Source: Schmidtea nova
Taxonomy: Eukaryota
Reading direction: 5' to 3'
DNA length: 64,000 nt
Assembly: GCA_044892505.1 (NCBI GenBank)
Contig: CM097882.1
Coordinates: 1 to 64,000, forward strand
The notes under the pieces are model-generated. The model was not told where the DNA came from, did no database searches, and saw only the letters and a list, made by a program, of their open reading frames with translations. This document shows positions 12,301 through 23,593 of this stretch, one piece after another. The stretch's first letter is position 1. Each line of letters starts with the position of its first letter. A program made the position numbers and the translations under genes.

Positions 12301-12699
12301 GATTATAGTATGTAGAAACTTCCTACTTCAGCCGTTAAGACCCATTTGAGCTGACCATCATTTTTGGAAAAGTCAGTTGTTCAATTTCAACCGATGAGGA
12401 AATATATAAATTCATATCCCATCAGCAACAGTCCACCCTACCGATACAATTCGACTTGACCATGTTATAGTACCATTTTCATAAAACTATACTCCCCAAT
12501 TAACTCGTAACGAAAGACCTATATTCAGAGCGATACCAAAATTTAGACCGCATCTTGTTATATTACGAATATCTACCAAATTAACGCAAATTTATTACAC
12601 TCACACTATTTAAATTCTATAAAATTAGCAATAAAATCTTAGTACACTTTTATTAAAAAATCAATAAAATTAACGGACAAATATTTATTATAAAGTATA

Positions 12700-14000
12700 C
12701 TGAACATTCATCGACATTTGAAAGTTACCCATGACACTCATGCAATAGTCCACTTAGTTCATCCTAAGTATGGGTTATTGCTTGTAGAAAATTTATTTGA
12801 TCCATTGATTGAACGATGTAACCCTTCATGTACACCAACCGCAAGTTTAAGATTTCAACCAAGTTGCTTTAATACCAGAATAAGAAAAGAATTTTTTCTA
12901 TTTAATATATCCATTTTTGAAACTCCAGCACCAGGTTTACTACAAGAAGAGAGATATCTTTGACCCCAACTGGGCATATCCATAATTTCGTATTTTTGCA
13001 AATTGTTGGGGTTAGGCTGGAGTTGTGTAAGTAAAATGAGAGTGCGCCGGGAGTTGAAGAAAAATCAATAAAAAGGCTGAAAGGCTGAAAAGCATTAAAT
13101 TTACAATTAATAAATAAATACAAAAAATAAAGATTTAACAGGGAAATTGGTATGTACGGATGGCAAATGGAGAGATGAGCACGAATATAATAATAAAATA
13201 TCAATGGGGGTCCCTAGAAAAAGATATTTGGTAAATAGAAATTAATTAAAAATTTATGAATAATTTATTAGCCATGTAGAAAACCCGAGTCTAGAGAAAG
13301 CCCGAGTGCATGGGAGATCCGGGCTAGTGGAGAGCCCGAGCAAAGGGAAACACGAGATGAAATCGAATTAACAAAAGCGCGGATCAAATAAATCAAATTA
13401 ATGTAAAGTATAATTATCAAAATTCCAATTACGGAAAATCATAATCGAATTTGATCGCAAGTTTGGAAAACATAACCAATTTATTGACAAATTGGTAAAC
13501 TATAAAAACGGCAAGAAAAACAGAAAATTGCCAGTTTGGTCGAAGATAATTTTCATTAAATTTAAAGATTGGGTAAGTAAAAAGGATATTATCACTCAGT
13601 AACATTAGCCAATCAAGCGTATCAGAAAGTGCAATCTACCCTTGGTAGACCTACCCCTATCACTTAGAAGAGAGTGCAGAAACAATAAAGATTGTACTGA
13701 TTTTAGTTGTTGTGAATTTTCAATTTAAATAAATAAAATTTATTGTGTTGGATCTCAGTTATATCGTTATTAAAGTAGAACGAGGAGTCAGAAACTAGAC
13801 CGAATCAAATTAATATCCCAACAAAATTTTTTTATCCGAATTTTAAATCCAAATTTTGCGAAAAAAGATTTAATTCCATCGGAGAGAGATCCACATTTAT
13901 CTTGCAAAGTATTAAGTGATATGGATTGTGCTCACAAACAGAGTTTTCGGAATATAAATAAGATTTTAGCAACTAAAACGTGTTGGAGGTTGATGTGACA
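12700..14000 (+). mobile_element. Second, diverged LTR of the same family in opposite orientation (5' boundary approximate)
   Basis: Ends GTGACA at 13995-14000. Segments such as 13786-13826 and ~13525-13550 are diverged reverse complements of 10581-10626 and 10876-10900. Confidence 0.6.
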
Positions 14001-14114
14001 ATTTAGAATTAATTACTAATTAATTCTAAATCTATTTATTCATCTTTAAACATTTTTGTTTAAATAAGCAGTTTTTGATAAAAAAAGATATTTTAAAAAC
14101 GTGTCTTATTTATT

Positions 14115-14470
14115 GTCGTAACAATGGCGTCACGAGCAAAAGAAAACGAAGCGCAGATACGAAGACTCGAATTAGAAGAGAAAAGACGACAAGATGAATT
14201 AGAAGAAAAAAGACGACAAGACGAATTAGAAGAAAAAAGACGACAAGATGAATTAAGAGAAAAAAGAAGACAAGAAGATAGAGAAGACAAGAAAGCCGAA
14301 ACAGAAGAGAGGAAAAGAATAGACGAACTGGAAGACAGAAGACGACAGAACGAGATCGAGGAAAGACGACGTCAAGAAACATTTCAACTCGAATTGAAGA
14401 AGCTAGAGATCGAGGAAAAGAAATCATTGCCAACAAACAGAAGAGAGAGTCAAAGCTGCATACAACAAAG
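14115..14470 (+). mobile_element. LTR end, primer-binding-site-like motif and 5' fragment of a coiled-coil gag-like ORF
   Basis: GTCGTAACA (14115-14123), then A, then TGGCGTCACGAGCA. The ORF begins MASRAKENEAQIRRLELEEKRRQDEL... with ELEEKRRQD tandem repeats and is truncated where it meets the opposite-strand element. Confidence 0.55.
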
Positions 14471-16754
14471 CCCACAGATTATATGTTGTAGACATGCCCG
14501 GATGGTGAAGGTTGTGGATGTGGTTGAAAGCTTCGCGCCTTAGCTTTTCTTGCAAGATTGGGCGGATATTTCCAGATAAGGCGTTGTCGTAGTAGATGCA
14601 TTTATCGAAAACCGTTGTATTTTGGAAGAATGACAGGTCTCTTGGGGAAGGTGGTGATGCCCAAGGGGAATTCGATCGGTGGATAGTACCGGCTTCGAGT
14701 AGCTTATTGAATTCTTCCTTGACAAGTGTGAGCTTCTTGGGCGCGAGTGGTCGCATACGTTCTCTGATAGGCATACCGTTATTGGTGACTATGACGTGTA
14801 GAAAAGAGGGAGTTTGTTGGTGATTGTTTGATCTCTTTTCGACATTTGGAAACGTCTTTAGTAGTTGTTGTATATAGCAAGGTGTGGCGGGTAAGACATT
14901 GAGAGCGTCGCTACAGAGATGGTCAAGAACTTGAGCTCTAGGTGTGTGTTGTGAGAGGATTAGTTTGCGTTCTCTGCAATCAGGCAGTAAACCTTCAGCA
15001 TCGAGAAAGTCGGCACCTAAGAGTGGATGAATCACCTCGGCGACTTGGAATGTCCATGAAAAAGTTTTAGACAGACCAGGAATTTGGAATACTAAGTTTT
15101 TAGTTCCAATAGTGGAAAAGTTTTCGCCACTGGCTGTCCGGAAAGACCTTTTTTGGTTATTATCAGTTCCGAAACGATTAGGTAGGAATGAAATGATATC
15201 GCAGTGGATAACGAAGTAGATGGGGGCATCGATTTCGTTGGAGTTCTGAGAATGAGGTACGGCGGAAACAGAAAAGAGTCCACAGGTTATGGGATCGCCA
15301 TCAAAAACTGTGGGAGAGTTCGATGGCGTCTTCAGTTTTCCGACGACTTATTATATGAATTTTGATTAATGTTACTGGTATTGTGATTACCAGTATGGAA
15401 ACGGCAGCCTTCCAAGCATGTTTTGGCCTCGGTCGTAAATATTGCGTGATAGATGCAAAGGTTGCGAGGCAGGCATGTTGGAAGTCGGTTGTTCCACCTA
15501 CAACCGACATAGCAATGTTGGGCTTTGTCTCCATACGTCTTATGGTAAGAGCATATGAGACCTCGTGCAGATGTGGACCGATGTCGTTTTTGATTGTTGT
15601 CACGACTGTCTGTTCGACTTCGACCTCGGGTGTGTAGACTTGCGTCTAAATTGTCCATCCTCGATGTTAACGCAGTTATGGTGCTGACTAGGGCTCCGAA
15701 TTCAGCGTGTGGGAGGCTTGTTGTTGCGACTACCGGTGATGGAGTAACGGGTGACGTGTTGATTTCGACGATCTTGTCGGCAATTTTGGCCAGTTCTTCC
15801 AATGTTGTGTTTGGGACAACGGCCAGAATGGACTGGGCTGATGTAGGTAGTGCTTTTAAAAAGAACCTACGGAGCAGAGCGTCGTCTTTGGTAAGACCAG
15901 CCTGGATCCTTTCGAGTTGTTCCTTGGCTCGCTTCAGGAAGGCGCTTGGTCTTTCATTATTGAGAGGTTGATTTCGGAACCAAGCCTCATATAAATGATC
16001 TAATTTTGGTCGGTAGGCGTCTAACACTGCCGATTTCAATGAGTTGTAGGGCTCACTTGCCGTGGCTGCGGTTGCAATGGCGGTGGACAATGTGGTGTAA
16101 ATGGTGCTTGGAAGCATGGACAAGAGTGCACCAAACTTCTGCCCTTGAGATTGAGTGGGTAGAAAGGTTGGAGTCACTTCTAGTGCCAGGAACCACGTTT
16201 GTGGGGAGCCAACGCCGTCTAGGAAAAACGGTATTGGGGTAATAACTGGTGTTGTTTGTTGTGTTGGCGTTTGTATGTGGCTGATTTCACAGTCTGTGTT
16301 AGTCTCGTCGGTTTGCATTCCTCCAGTCAAACGAGGGACGATGTCGAAATAGGTGATGATGACTGGGGTATGTGTCGCAGATTGGGACTTCCTGACAAAG
16401 AAGTGGCGGTGTGTTTCTCTTGGGACACCAATTGCTAGGAGCAATGAAGTCATTGAGGACAATTGTGACTTCGTCGGACACAGAGGTTGCCATCCGGAAG
16501 TCTTGTTAGGACACCGGAAGAGAAACTTGTGTGATAATTGCGTCCTCTCAATGTTTAAAAAACCGGTTGATCTTATGATGTGGCTTCCATGCACCTTCAA
16601 TACCGTTAATCCCGCCCAGGGTTGTAGCGCCTTCATTTGAGAAGGGATAGGAAAAATAATAGATGTGGGAATAGAATAAAATAAAATGTTACTTAGAATA
16701 ATATAAATGTTACTGGACAAACTTTAAATGTTACTGGAGTAACTTCTGACACCA
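14424..16754 (-). mobile_element. Internally deleted Gypsy/Ty3 retrotransposon (CsRn1-like): gag, protease, RT start, integrase zinc-finger start
   Basis: PBS TGGTGTCAGAAGT (tRNA-Leu type) at 16754-16742; gag ORF 15332..16720 (PFFLDGVGSPQTWF, C/H-rich end); protease tail HPLLGADFL; RT start EFNKLLEAGTIHRSNSPWASP fused near 14650 to RPILQEKLRREAFNHIHNLHHPG. Confidence 0.88.
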
Positions 16755-16757
16755 ATT

Positions 16758-17208
16758 TGATGAACGGGAAACCACACCAAAGTATTCTGCTTTTTGGTGC
16801 AGTTACCGATTCATCAATTTTAGTTTTATTTCCTCGCTTTTAATTTTATATAATCGTATAAATAAATTTAATAATACTTTTGTTTCGGAATATTTATAGG
16901 CCGTATTCAATTTACAGAAATTTGTTACCATACACTCATTCATGCCAAATAGAAATGTAAGAAGAATTCCAGGCCAAACCAAAGGTCGATCGGAATCATC
17001 GGGTAATCCCCCAAGATGGATCTCATAAGGGAGTGTTCCACTGAAGGCTTTCTCTTTAGAAAATGCTTGTCCAATAAATCGGGTTGCGTTGATATAGTTG
17101 TTTGATCCTAGTTCATTCATAGTTCTATAATTTGAATAAGACCGTATGTTTAATGTTATTTTTTTAATATCAGTAACGACGATTTTTAATTATGATACAT
17201 CTGTCACA
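16758..17208 (-). mobile_element. 5' LTR (~450 bp) of the Gypsy element
   Basis: Starts TGTGAC at 17208 and ends TTCATCA just before the PBS. Contains TATAAAT (~16898) and AATAAA (~16830) on the minus strand. Confidence 0.6.
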
Positions 17209-18124
17209 TCGTTCATAGAATAGGTATAATAAGCAAATACGTCAGGATTACAGTTTAAAATTATCGTGTCGGGCTTATTAGTATTATTTGTGAGGCTTTT
17301 CAAACTACGATCACCAAGTATCAAAAGCATTGGGTTATTAATTAAAGGAGTCCAATCAATCAAACCGACATAAGTCGTAGCAACTCGGCCTAATAAAATC
17401 ATCAAATCATGTTCACAGTTGCTCATCCATGTCGGCACTTCCAGCATTCCTATCAAATGTGGCCAAATCAATTCAAAGAACGACTTGTGATTATTGTAAT
17501 AAGATGGTAGAAAGACTTTTAGGATTTTTAATCCATTGAGTTTGTCGAGCTCAACGGGATAGGGATAATAGAAATAAAATCTCGACAATTGCCAGATTTC
17601 TTCAGTTGAGTTATCAAAAAAAACTTGAAAAATAATCGAATTATTGCTGCAGAAATGACTTTTATCGGCTTTGGCGTAAATATAATTCCATTGTGAACGA
17701 CAGAACTATGAGTAAAATGATACCAAATATCATACAAAGAATTCCAGTCAATTGTTAAATCGTCACGTGATAGAAAGTTCGTTTTTTTGAGAAGCATTTT
17801 TAATTCAGTTATAACATTTATCGTAATTATCACATCGATATCTTTTTGAATAAGCACCCCATATAGGAGCTTCATAATTGCTAAATAGTCTGCTAGTGTA
17901 AATCTGAGACTATAATTATTTATATACCTTTGAAGCAATTTTAAATTGTGATTGAAATTTTCATAAAATTGCTTGTCTTTAGTTAAATAAATGAAATTTC
18001 TTTTAATTTCAGCTAACAGATCGTCAGCGTACTCTTCATTCTCATCAAAATTCGGTAAAAGATAGGGGAGATTATTTTCCTTTATGAATTTGCTATTTGA
18101 TAAATTAGAATAATCTGTAGACAT
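17209..18124 (-). pseudogene. PSME4: Proteasome activator PA200/Blm10 (PSME4), N-terminal ~300 codons; frameshifted and truncated by the LTR
   Basis: NNLPYL...LLAEIK, LLKKTNFLSRDDLTIDWNSLYD, then after a frameshift at the A8 run (~17616-17623) LKVFLPS...LLGRVATTYVGLIDWTP. These match the recalled PSME4 N-terminal motifs ([39 protein letters not shown]). No introns seen. Confidence 0.85.
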
Positions 18125-18599
18125 AATTCGACAAATAATTTTACAATTGAAAATTTTAAAAAACACAACAGCTGTAACTAATATCTTTATTTCTCCTTTT
18201 ATCATTTATTGCGCGGGTTAACCGCTTAACAACATCTTTTAAACAACTTTTAACAAATAATAAAATATTCAGGATTACAAAATTTTTACATATATAATTA
18301 CATAACATTTTTTTATAACATTAATTTACATAACTTTAATTAATTACATAACATTAAATATAAATAAGACAAAGCATTAAATGATAATCACATCTCTAAT
18401 CAAAGTATGTAATATTAACATCAGCGAACAGATTAGTTTATTTACTCACAATTAGTAATTATTAATTCAAACAGACACAAATAAACATATACAGTTAAAA
18501 ATATATATCCAAACGTTACCAACGAGAGTTATTATGGTGTGTAGAATATACAAGGAAACAAGAGATACATCAACATAATAATAAAGACTCCAAAACACT

Positions 18600-19240
18600 A
18601 TTTGATAGATTGGTGTGACCACAGAACATTACAGTTAGTTAATCTGTTGGTTGGTATAAGATTAATGAATAGAACCAATTGATTGGTGTATAGAACTAGT
18701 TGGTTAACATGTAGAAGTAGTTGGTTAATGTGTAAAACTACTTGGTAAGTAAGTATTTGATTGCTGACTGGTTAGTATGTATAGAGTGGGTAGTTGATCG
18801 GTAAGTTGGTTAATGAAAAGAGTTAGTTGGTTGATGTATAGAACTAGTTAGTAAGTAAGAGATTAGTTACTGGTTAGTATGTATAGTTAGTTAGTGTAGT
18901 TAGTTGGTTGGTATAGAACTAGATGGTTAATGTATAGAAGTAGTTGGTTGATGTATAGAACTAGTTAGTAAGTAAGGAATTGGTCTGTTTGTTAGCTAAG
19001 GGGATTGGATTAATTGATATCTAGTTAATAGAAAGGGATAATTGATTGACACATGGAACAATTTTCCTAGTTGGTTAATACATAGTCAGTTGGTAACTGG
19101 TAAGTAACTAGTTGGTTGTTGATTTGTGGATAGAGTCAGTTGACATTTTATCAGTTACTAGTCAGTGGTTGATTTGTGTGTGTAATGAGATTATTAGTTA
19201 GTTGATCGGTTTATTGTAGGTACTTAGTTTGATTGATAGA
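18600..19240. repeat. Strand-asymmetric GT-rich minisatellite-like region (GTTGGTTGATGTATAGAACTAGTTAGTAAGTAAG units)
   Basis: Near-exact unit at ~18826 and ~18942, with many degenerate copies. Confidence 0.7.
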
Positions 19241-19246
19241 CGTTAC

Positions 19247-19329
<83 letters not shown>
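19247..19329. repeat. (ATT)n microsatellite
   Basis: Direct reading. Confidence 0.98.
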
Positions 19330-20229
19330 TACTTGTTTCCATATTTTCAATTATTACGTTTATTTTTAAAAATTTATGTCATTAATCGTTATTTTTTAAC
19401 TTAGTATACAAAATTGTAACAACTCTTGTTTAATAACTATTTTTATTCTAAATAAATTCAATATTTACATGTGTTTTATTTACTACATTTATTTGTTGTT
19501 ATTTAATCATTTGCTTAATAACCTCATATTGAAAAACAATTAGATTTGTATTTATTAGTTAAAAATTTTACTTTTGAAAAATATTTACTTGTGAAAAAAT
19601 ATTTACTTTGTATTTATTAATTAAAAAATTTTACATTGATTTTATTGATAAAAAATTAAACAGTGACTTTATTGTTAAAAAAAATTTTACTTTAAAAAAT
19701 TTCAAAAATATTTAATTATTCTCACATTTTTCAAATATTACCTTAAAAAGTTCATTTAAAACCAATTCATTTTAAAATTATGACATTAAAACTCACGTCT
19801 TTCTTAATTTACTTATTTATTCTTAATATACTTATAATTCTATTTATCTTTAAATTCATAATTATTTTTAAAATTCTATCTTTAATTTATTTACTTTACC
19901 ATTTTTCATAAATCCAGTACAAATTAATTTAAAATTCTAACTTTAATTTACTTATTATTTCCATGCTTTTATTTTACCATTTTACTCGATAAATTCAATA
20001 CAAAATAATGAGTAAATTATTTACTGAGTTTCGAAATTCGTATAGAATTTATTTACTTTTTTTTTTAATTATCATAAATTTATTTAGATTTAATTATTTA
20101 GTTTAAAATTTTTTAAATATTTCCACGTTTTTATGTACACTATCCTTTTTTACCGAGACTGAAATTTTCCGTATAAAATTTTGATTTTTTCATGATTTTA
20201 ATTTTTTGACATTTATTGTTCGCTTTTCA

Positions 20230-20930
20230 ATTCTCAGTAGATTGGTATAAAAATTATTTGATTCTGAGCATTTTTGATTTTCCCCGAGTCGACCCTTTTA
20301 CGTGTAAAAATTGATCGGATAAGTCAAAATTTTCATGTTTTTAGATTGGTATAAAAAATTTTTGAATTCTGAGCATTTTTGATTTTTTGGAAATTCACCG
20401 AGTTGACCCTTTTTTTACTTTTTAACCCTTTTTGGTTCGCCATTGGAATCTCAGTAGATTGGTATAAAAATTATTTGATTCTGAGCATTTTTGATTTTTT
20501 GGAATTTCCCCTACCAAAATATTGTTTTCGAAAATACCAGACTAAAAATCCTATACAAAAATAAAGATCAAAAATCATATTCAAAATTACCAGAGTCCCC
20601 TTTTGCCCGAGAAAAATCTGGGAGTAGAAATTCCTATTCAAAATAACCAGACTAAAAATCTTATACAAAAACACTAGATCAAAAATCTTATACAAAAATA
20701 CGAGATCAAAAATCATATTCAAAATTACCAGAGTCCCTTTTTGCCCGAGAAAAATCTCGGAGTAGAAATTCCTATTCAAATAACCAGACCAAAATATTGT
20801 ATTCAGAAATCCAGATCAAAAATCCTATTCAAAAATTCCTGTACAAAAAACCCAGTCCCCTTTTTGCCCGAGAAAAATCTCGGAATAGAAAATCGTATAC
20901 AAAAAAACCAGATCAAAAATCCTGTACAAA
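20230..20930. repeat. Two blocks of tandem repeats (~110-120 bp x3, then ~120-145 bp x3)
   Basis: GATTGGTATAAAAATTATTTGATTCTGAGCATTTTTGATT occurs x3 (20240, 20345, 20457). CCAGAGTCCC(C/T)TTTTGCCCGAGAAAAATCT occurs x3 (~20590, 20730, 20853). Confidence 0.85.
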
Positions 20931-21045
20931 AAATAAATTAAATAAAAATATCATAATTATCTTTTTTCACCTTTGATCTTTTTTTATTATTATTATCAAT
21001 AATTCTCATAATGACTATAGATCAAATTTTTTTTTATAAACAATA

Positions 21046-21078
21046 ACACAATATTTCGGCACAGCCTTTATCAAGTGT
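21046..21078 (-). ncRNA. Putative minimal hammerhead ribozyme (U3:A8 variant)
   Basis: The minus strand reads ACAC-TTGATAA-A-GGC TGT GCC-GAAA-TA-T-T-GTGT, giving stem I ACAC/GTGT and stem II GGC/GCC. Confidence 0.6.
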
Positions 21079-21091
21079 GTATTTGATAAGT

Positions 21092-21124
21092 GTACTTGAT
21101 AAAGGCTGTGCCGAAATATTGTGT
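21092..21124 (+). ncRNA. Putative minimal hammerhead ribozyme (U3:A8 variant)
   Basis: GTAC-TTGATAA-A-GGCTGTGCC-GAAA-TATT-GTGT; stem I is retained through G.U wobbles. Confidence 0.55.
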
Positions 21125-21188
21125 TATTGTTTATAAAAAAAAAATTTGATCTATAGTCATTATGAGAATTATTGATAATAATAATAAA

Positions 21189-21452
21189 TTAAAATAAATT
21201 AAAAATAAATTGAAAATAAATTAAATTAAAATTAATTAAAATTAGTAAATAAAATAAAAATAAATAAAAATAAAAATAAATAAAATGACTTCATTTAAAC
21301 AAAATAAAAAAAATAAGAAATTCACTTCATTTAAAGAAAATAAGAAAATTTTTTAGGAGGGTGGGGTGGGGGAAACTGTAACATTATTACGTAATATATA
21401 CAGTTTAGGGATAAATGGCTTGGCCCCGTGTCCTCTCTATCCCCTACTTACT
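21189..21452. repeat. Second copy of the terminal module (A-rich tract, ACTTCATTTAAA repeats, G-tract, CCCCTACTTACT)
   Basis: Cores at 21288 and 21324; GGAGGGTGGGGTGGGGG at ~21356-21372; end motif at 21441-21452. Confidence 0.8.
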
Positions 21453-21620
21453 TGGCTTATCAAAAAATTCTATAAGAAAAATAATTTATAAATATGAAAA
21501 ATATGACCACCTACCAGAAAGCCCAAGAGGTGTTAGCAAGCCCCGAATTTCAGAAGAAACAGGGATTAAGTTGTTAGATTTTGTAGAAAACAATTTAAGG
21601 AAGACAATATCACGATCAAA
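21452..21620 (+). mobile_element. Fragment of a Tc1/IS630-like transposase N-terminal HTH
   Basis: LGLSKNSIRKIIYKYEKYDHLPESPRGVSKPRISEETGIKLLDFVENN resembles the HTH/linker of Tc1-mariner transposases. Confidence 0.45.
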
Positions 21621-21987
21621 TGGCTTCTCCACAATGTCTTTCCAAGACAGATTTTGTTTAGTGGAAACTGCTCTTGAAGGCGAATTAAATAAAGATGAAT
21701 ATAAAGATTTGGAAAACTTTTTCTTATATGTTCGCCGATTTTTTTCTAAATGTTTTCGAAAAATTAAAATATTTGGAGATTAATGTATTTAACAAATAAA
21801 TTTTAGTTAGAATTGAATTTTTACTTACCTTTGATGTTAATGATTCCATAATATCATAAACATTTTCTACTAATTATTTAAAAATTAAATTTAAAATAAA
21901 ATTGATGAATATAGATAACCTTTTAAAGCTTTTATAGTGATCTCATACCATTATGAGATCAAAATAAAAGACTTAATTTGTAATTAA

Positions 21988-23133
21988 GACTATGAGCGTA
22001 AACTGTCTCTTATTGCAAGGGCGCCGTTAAAACCTCAGCAGAAATTAGAACTATTGAATGACTTCTTAATTCCAGGTATTCTTCATCAAGCTATGTTTGG
22101 TGAAACTCCTATCGGGGAACTAATTAGACTCGATAAGAGAACACGAAGGGTGGTCAAGGAGTGGTGCCACCTGCCTTCAGACACAAGCTCATCCTTCATT
22201 CATGCGAAAGCAAAATTTGGAGGTATGGGAGTGTCATCGATTCGAGCGGAGGTTCAGTTTACTATTGCGAACAGATTAAATTCACTAGAATTTGTTAAAG
22301 ATAATAGAATTAATAAACTATCACACCACCCGCATATGGTCCAGAAGCTGGGTATGTGGGGTAAGGGCTTTAATGTCGAAAGCTCTAAAGTACAGTGTAA
22401 AAGAGAATTTTATTCCCTGATGCATAACAAACTGTATGATACCAATGATGGTGTTGGTTTGAGTGAAGCGCATTGCGTGCAATCGCCGAACACTTGGATT
22501 AAACATAATGCCTCCGAAATGAGCGGCCGTTCATTCGTTGGTTGTGTAAAGGTTCGTGGGAACCTTATGTCTACCGTAACTCGGTGGAGTAGGGGCGATC
22601 GGAAAGTAGGCTCTCTTAATTGCCCTAAGGGTTGCCAAGTCCCAGGTAGTCTGAATCATATAGTTCAATCTTGTCCTTGGGTTAAGGGCTTGAGAACTAA
22701 ACGTCATGATAACATAGTGGAATATGTTGCAAAAATAGCAAACAAGAATGGATGGCAGAGTATAATGGAGCCACATACTGATGTTGGTAATACATATATG
22801 AAACCTGATCTTGTGCTAATCAAGGACCAGCATGGATTGGTTCTCGACGTTCAAATCGTTTCCGATAACGGAAAGCTCTCTGACCGGAATAATGAAAAAG
22901 TCCTCAAGTATGAAATCGATGAGATCAGGAACTGGGTGTTGGATCAAGGCGTGGGAAATGTAAAGTTTGGTGGTTTAACCCTGAACTGGCGAGGTATTTG
23001 GAGCTCTGATTCTTTTAATTTATTAACTGAATTGGGCTTATCGGTAAACGACACCAGGATTATATCGATGAGAGTACTTGGAGGCACGGCGCGAATGTAT
23101 TACGCGTGGGGCAAAGGTGGGTTGAGATCGTGA
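21988..23133 (+). mobile_element. 5'-truncated R2-clade non-LTR retrotransposon: RT thumb, CCHC knuckle, restriction-like endonuclease
   Basis: ARAPLKPQQKL (R2-type), CPKGCQVPGSLNHIVQSC, RHDNIV, KPDLVL...LDVQIV, KVLKY. The reading frame is open from 21988. Confidence 0.9.
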
Positions 23134-23593
23134 GAGGTAACAATGGTTGTCTGGGGCTGGTAGTGGCGAGGTTCGTGGCTAATAAGGCAGTAGGTCTCCG
23201 ACCGGCTGTGCTAGGGAATAAAAACAATGTCGTCAAGCCGCGTGATTTGGCAGATCTGGTTGTATTCCATTTCTGAGGATGCAAAAGGGGAGCGCCAATC
23301 GGGGCTCAAAGTAGCGATATTACCTGGTGGGGTATTTATCTGATCTGATGTGGTAAGTTACGAGGTCCGATGTTGCAAACGATGTACCCCTTTGGGACAG
23401 TCTGAAACCGCCTGGAGTTGCGATGGCTGTTAATCGGCTTTGACGCGACAAAGGGAGCTATCTACTCAGGTAGGTAGTTTATTATCTATTATTGTATCAT
23501 ATCAGTAATATATCGGTGGAGTTGGTAAGATCCATTGCTAAAGTCTTCCAGTCCCCCTAATGGCGGGTAGTATACATATCGGTATACTTCTAC

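Larger units (their letters stand above)
20983..21188. repeat. Near-perfect hairpin (~94-bp arms, 17-nt spacer) made of two head-to-head copies of the PLE 3' repeat
   Basis: Arm 20983-21076 is the reverse complement of 21094-21188, apart from one homopolymer length difference. Confidence 0.95.

Noticed and set aside
14093-16640. Numerous short antisense or overlapping ORFs over the Gypsy region
   Set aside because: Shadow frames of gag/pol with no independent motifs.
16803-17120. 105-aa ORF as a further PSME4 exon
   Set aside because: No recognisable PSME4 similarity; it lies within the inferred LTR (TATA box, AATAAA, adjacent PBS).
18600-19240. Interstitial telomere
   Set aside because: No run of a canonical repeat (TTAGGG, TTAGG or TTAGGC).
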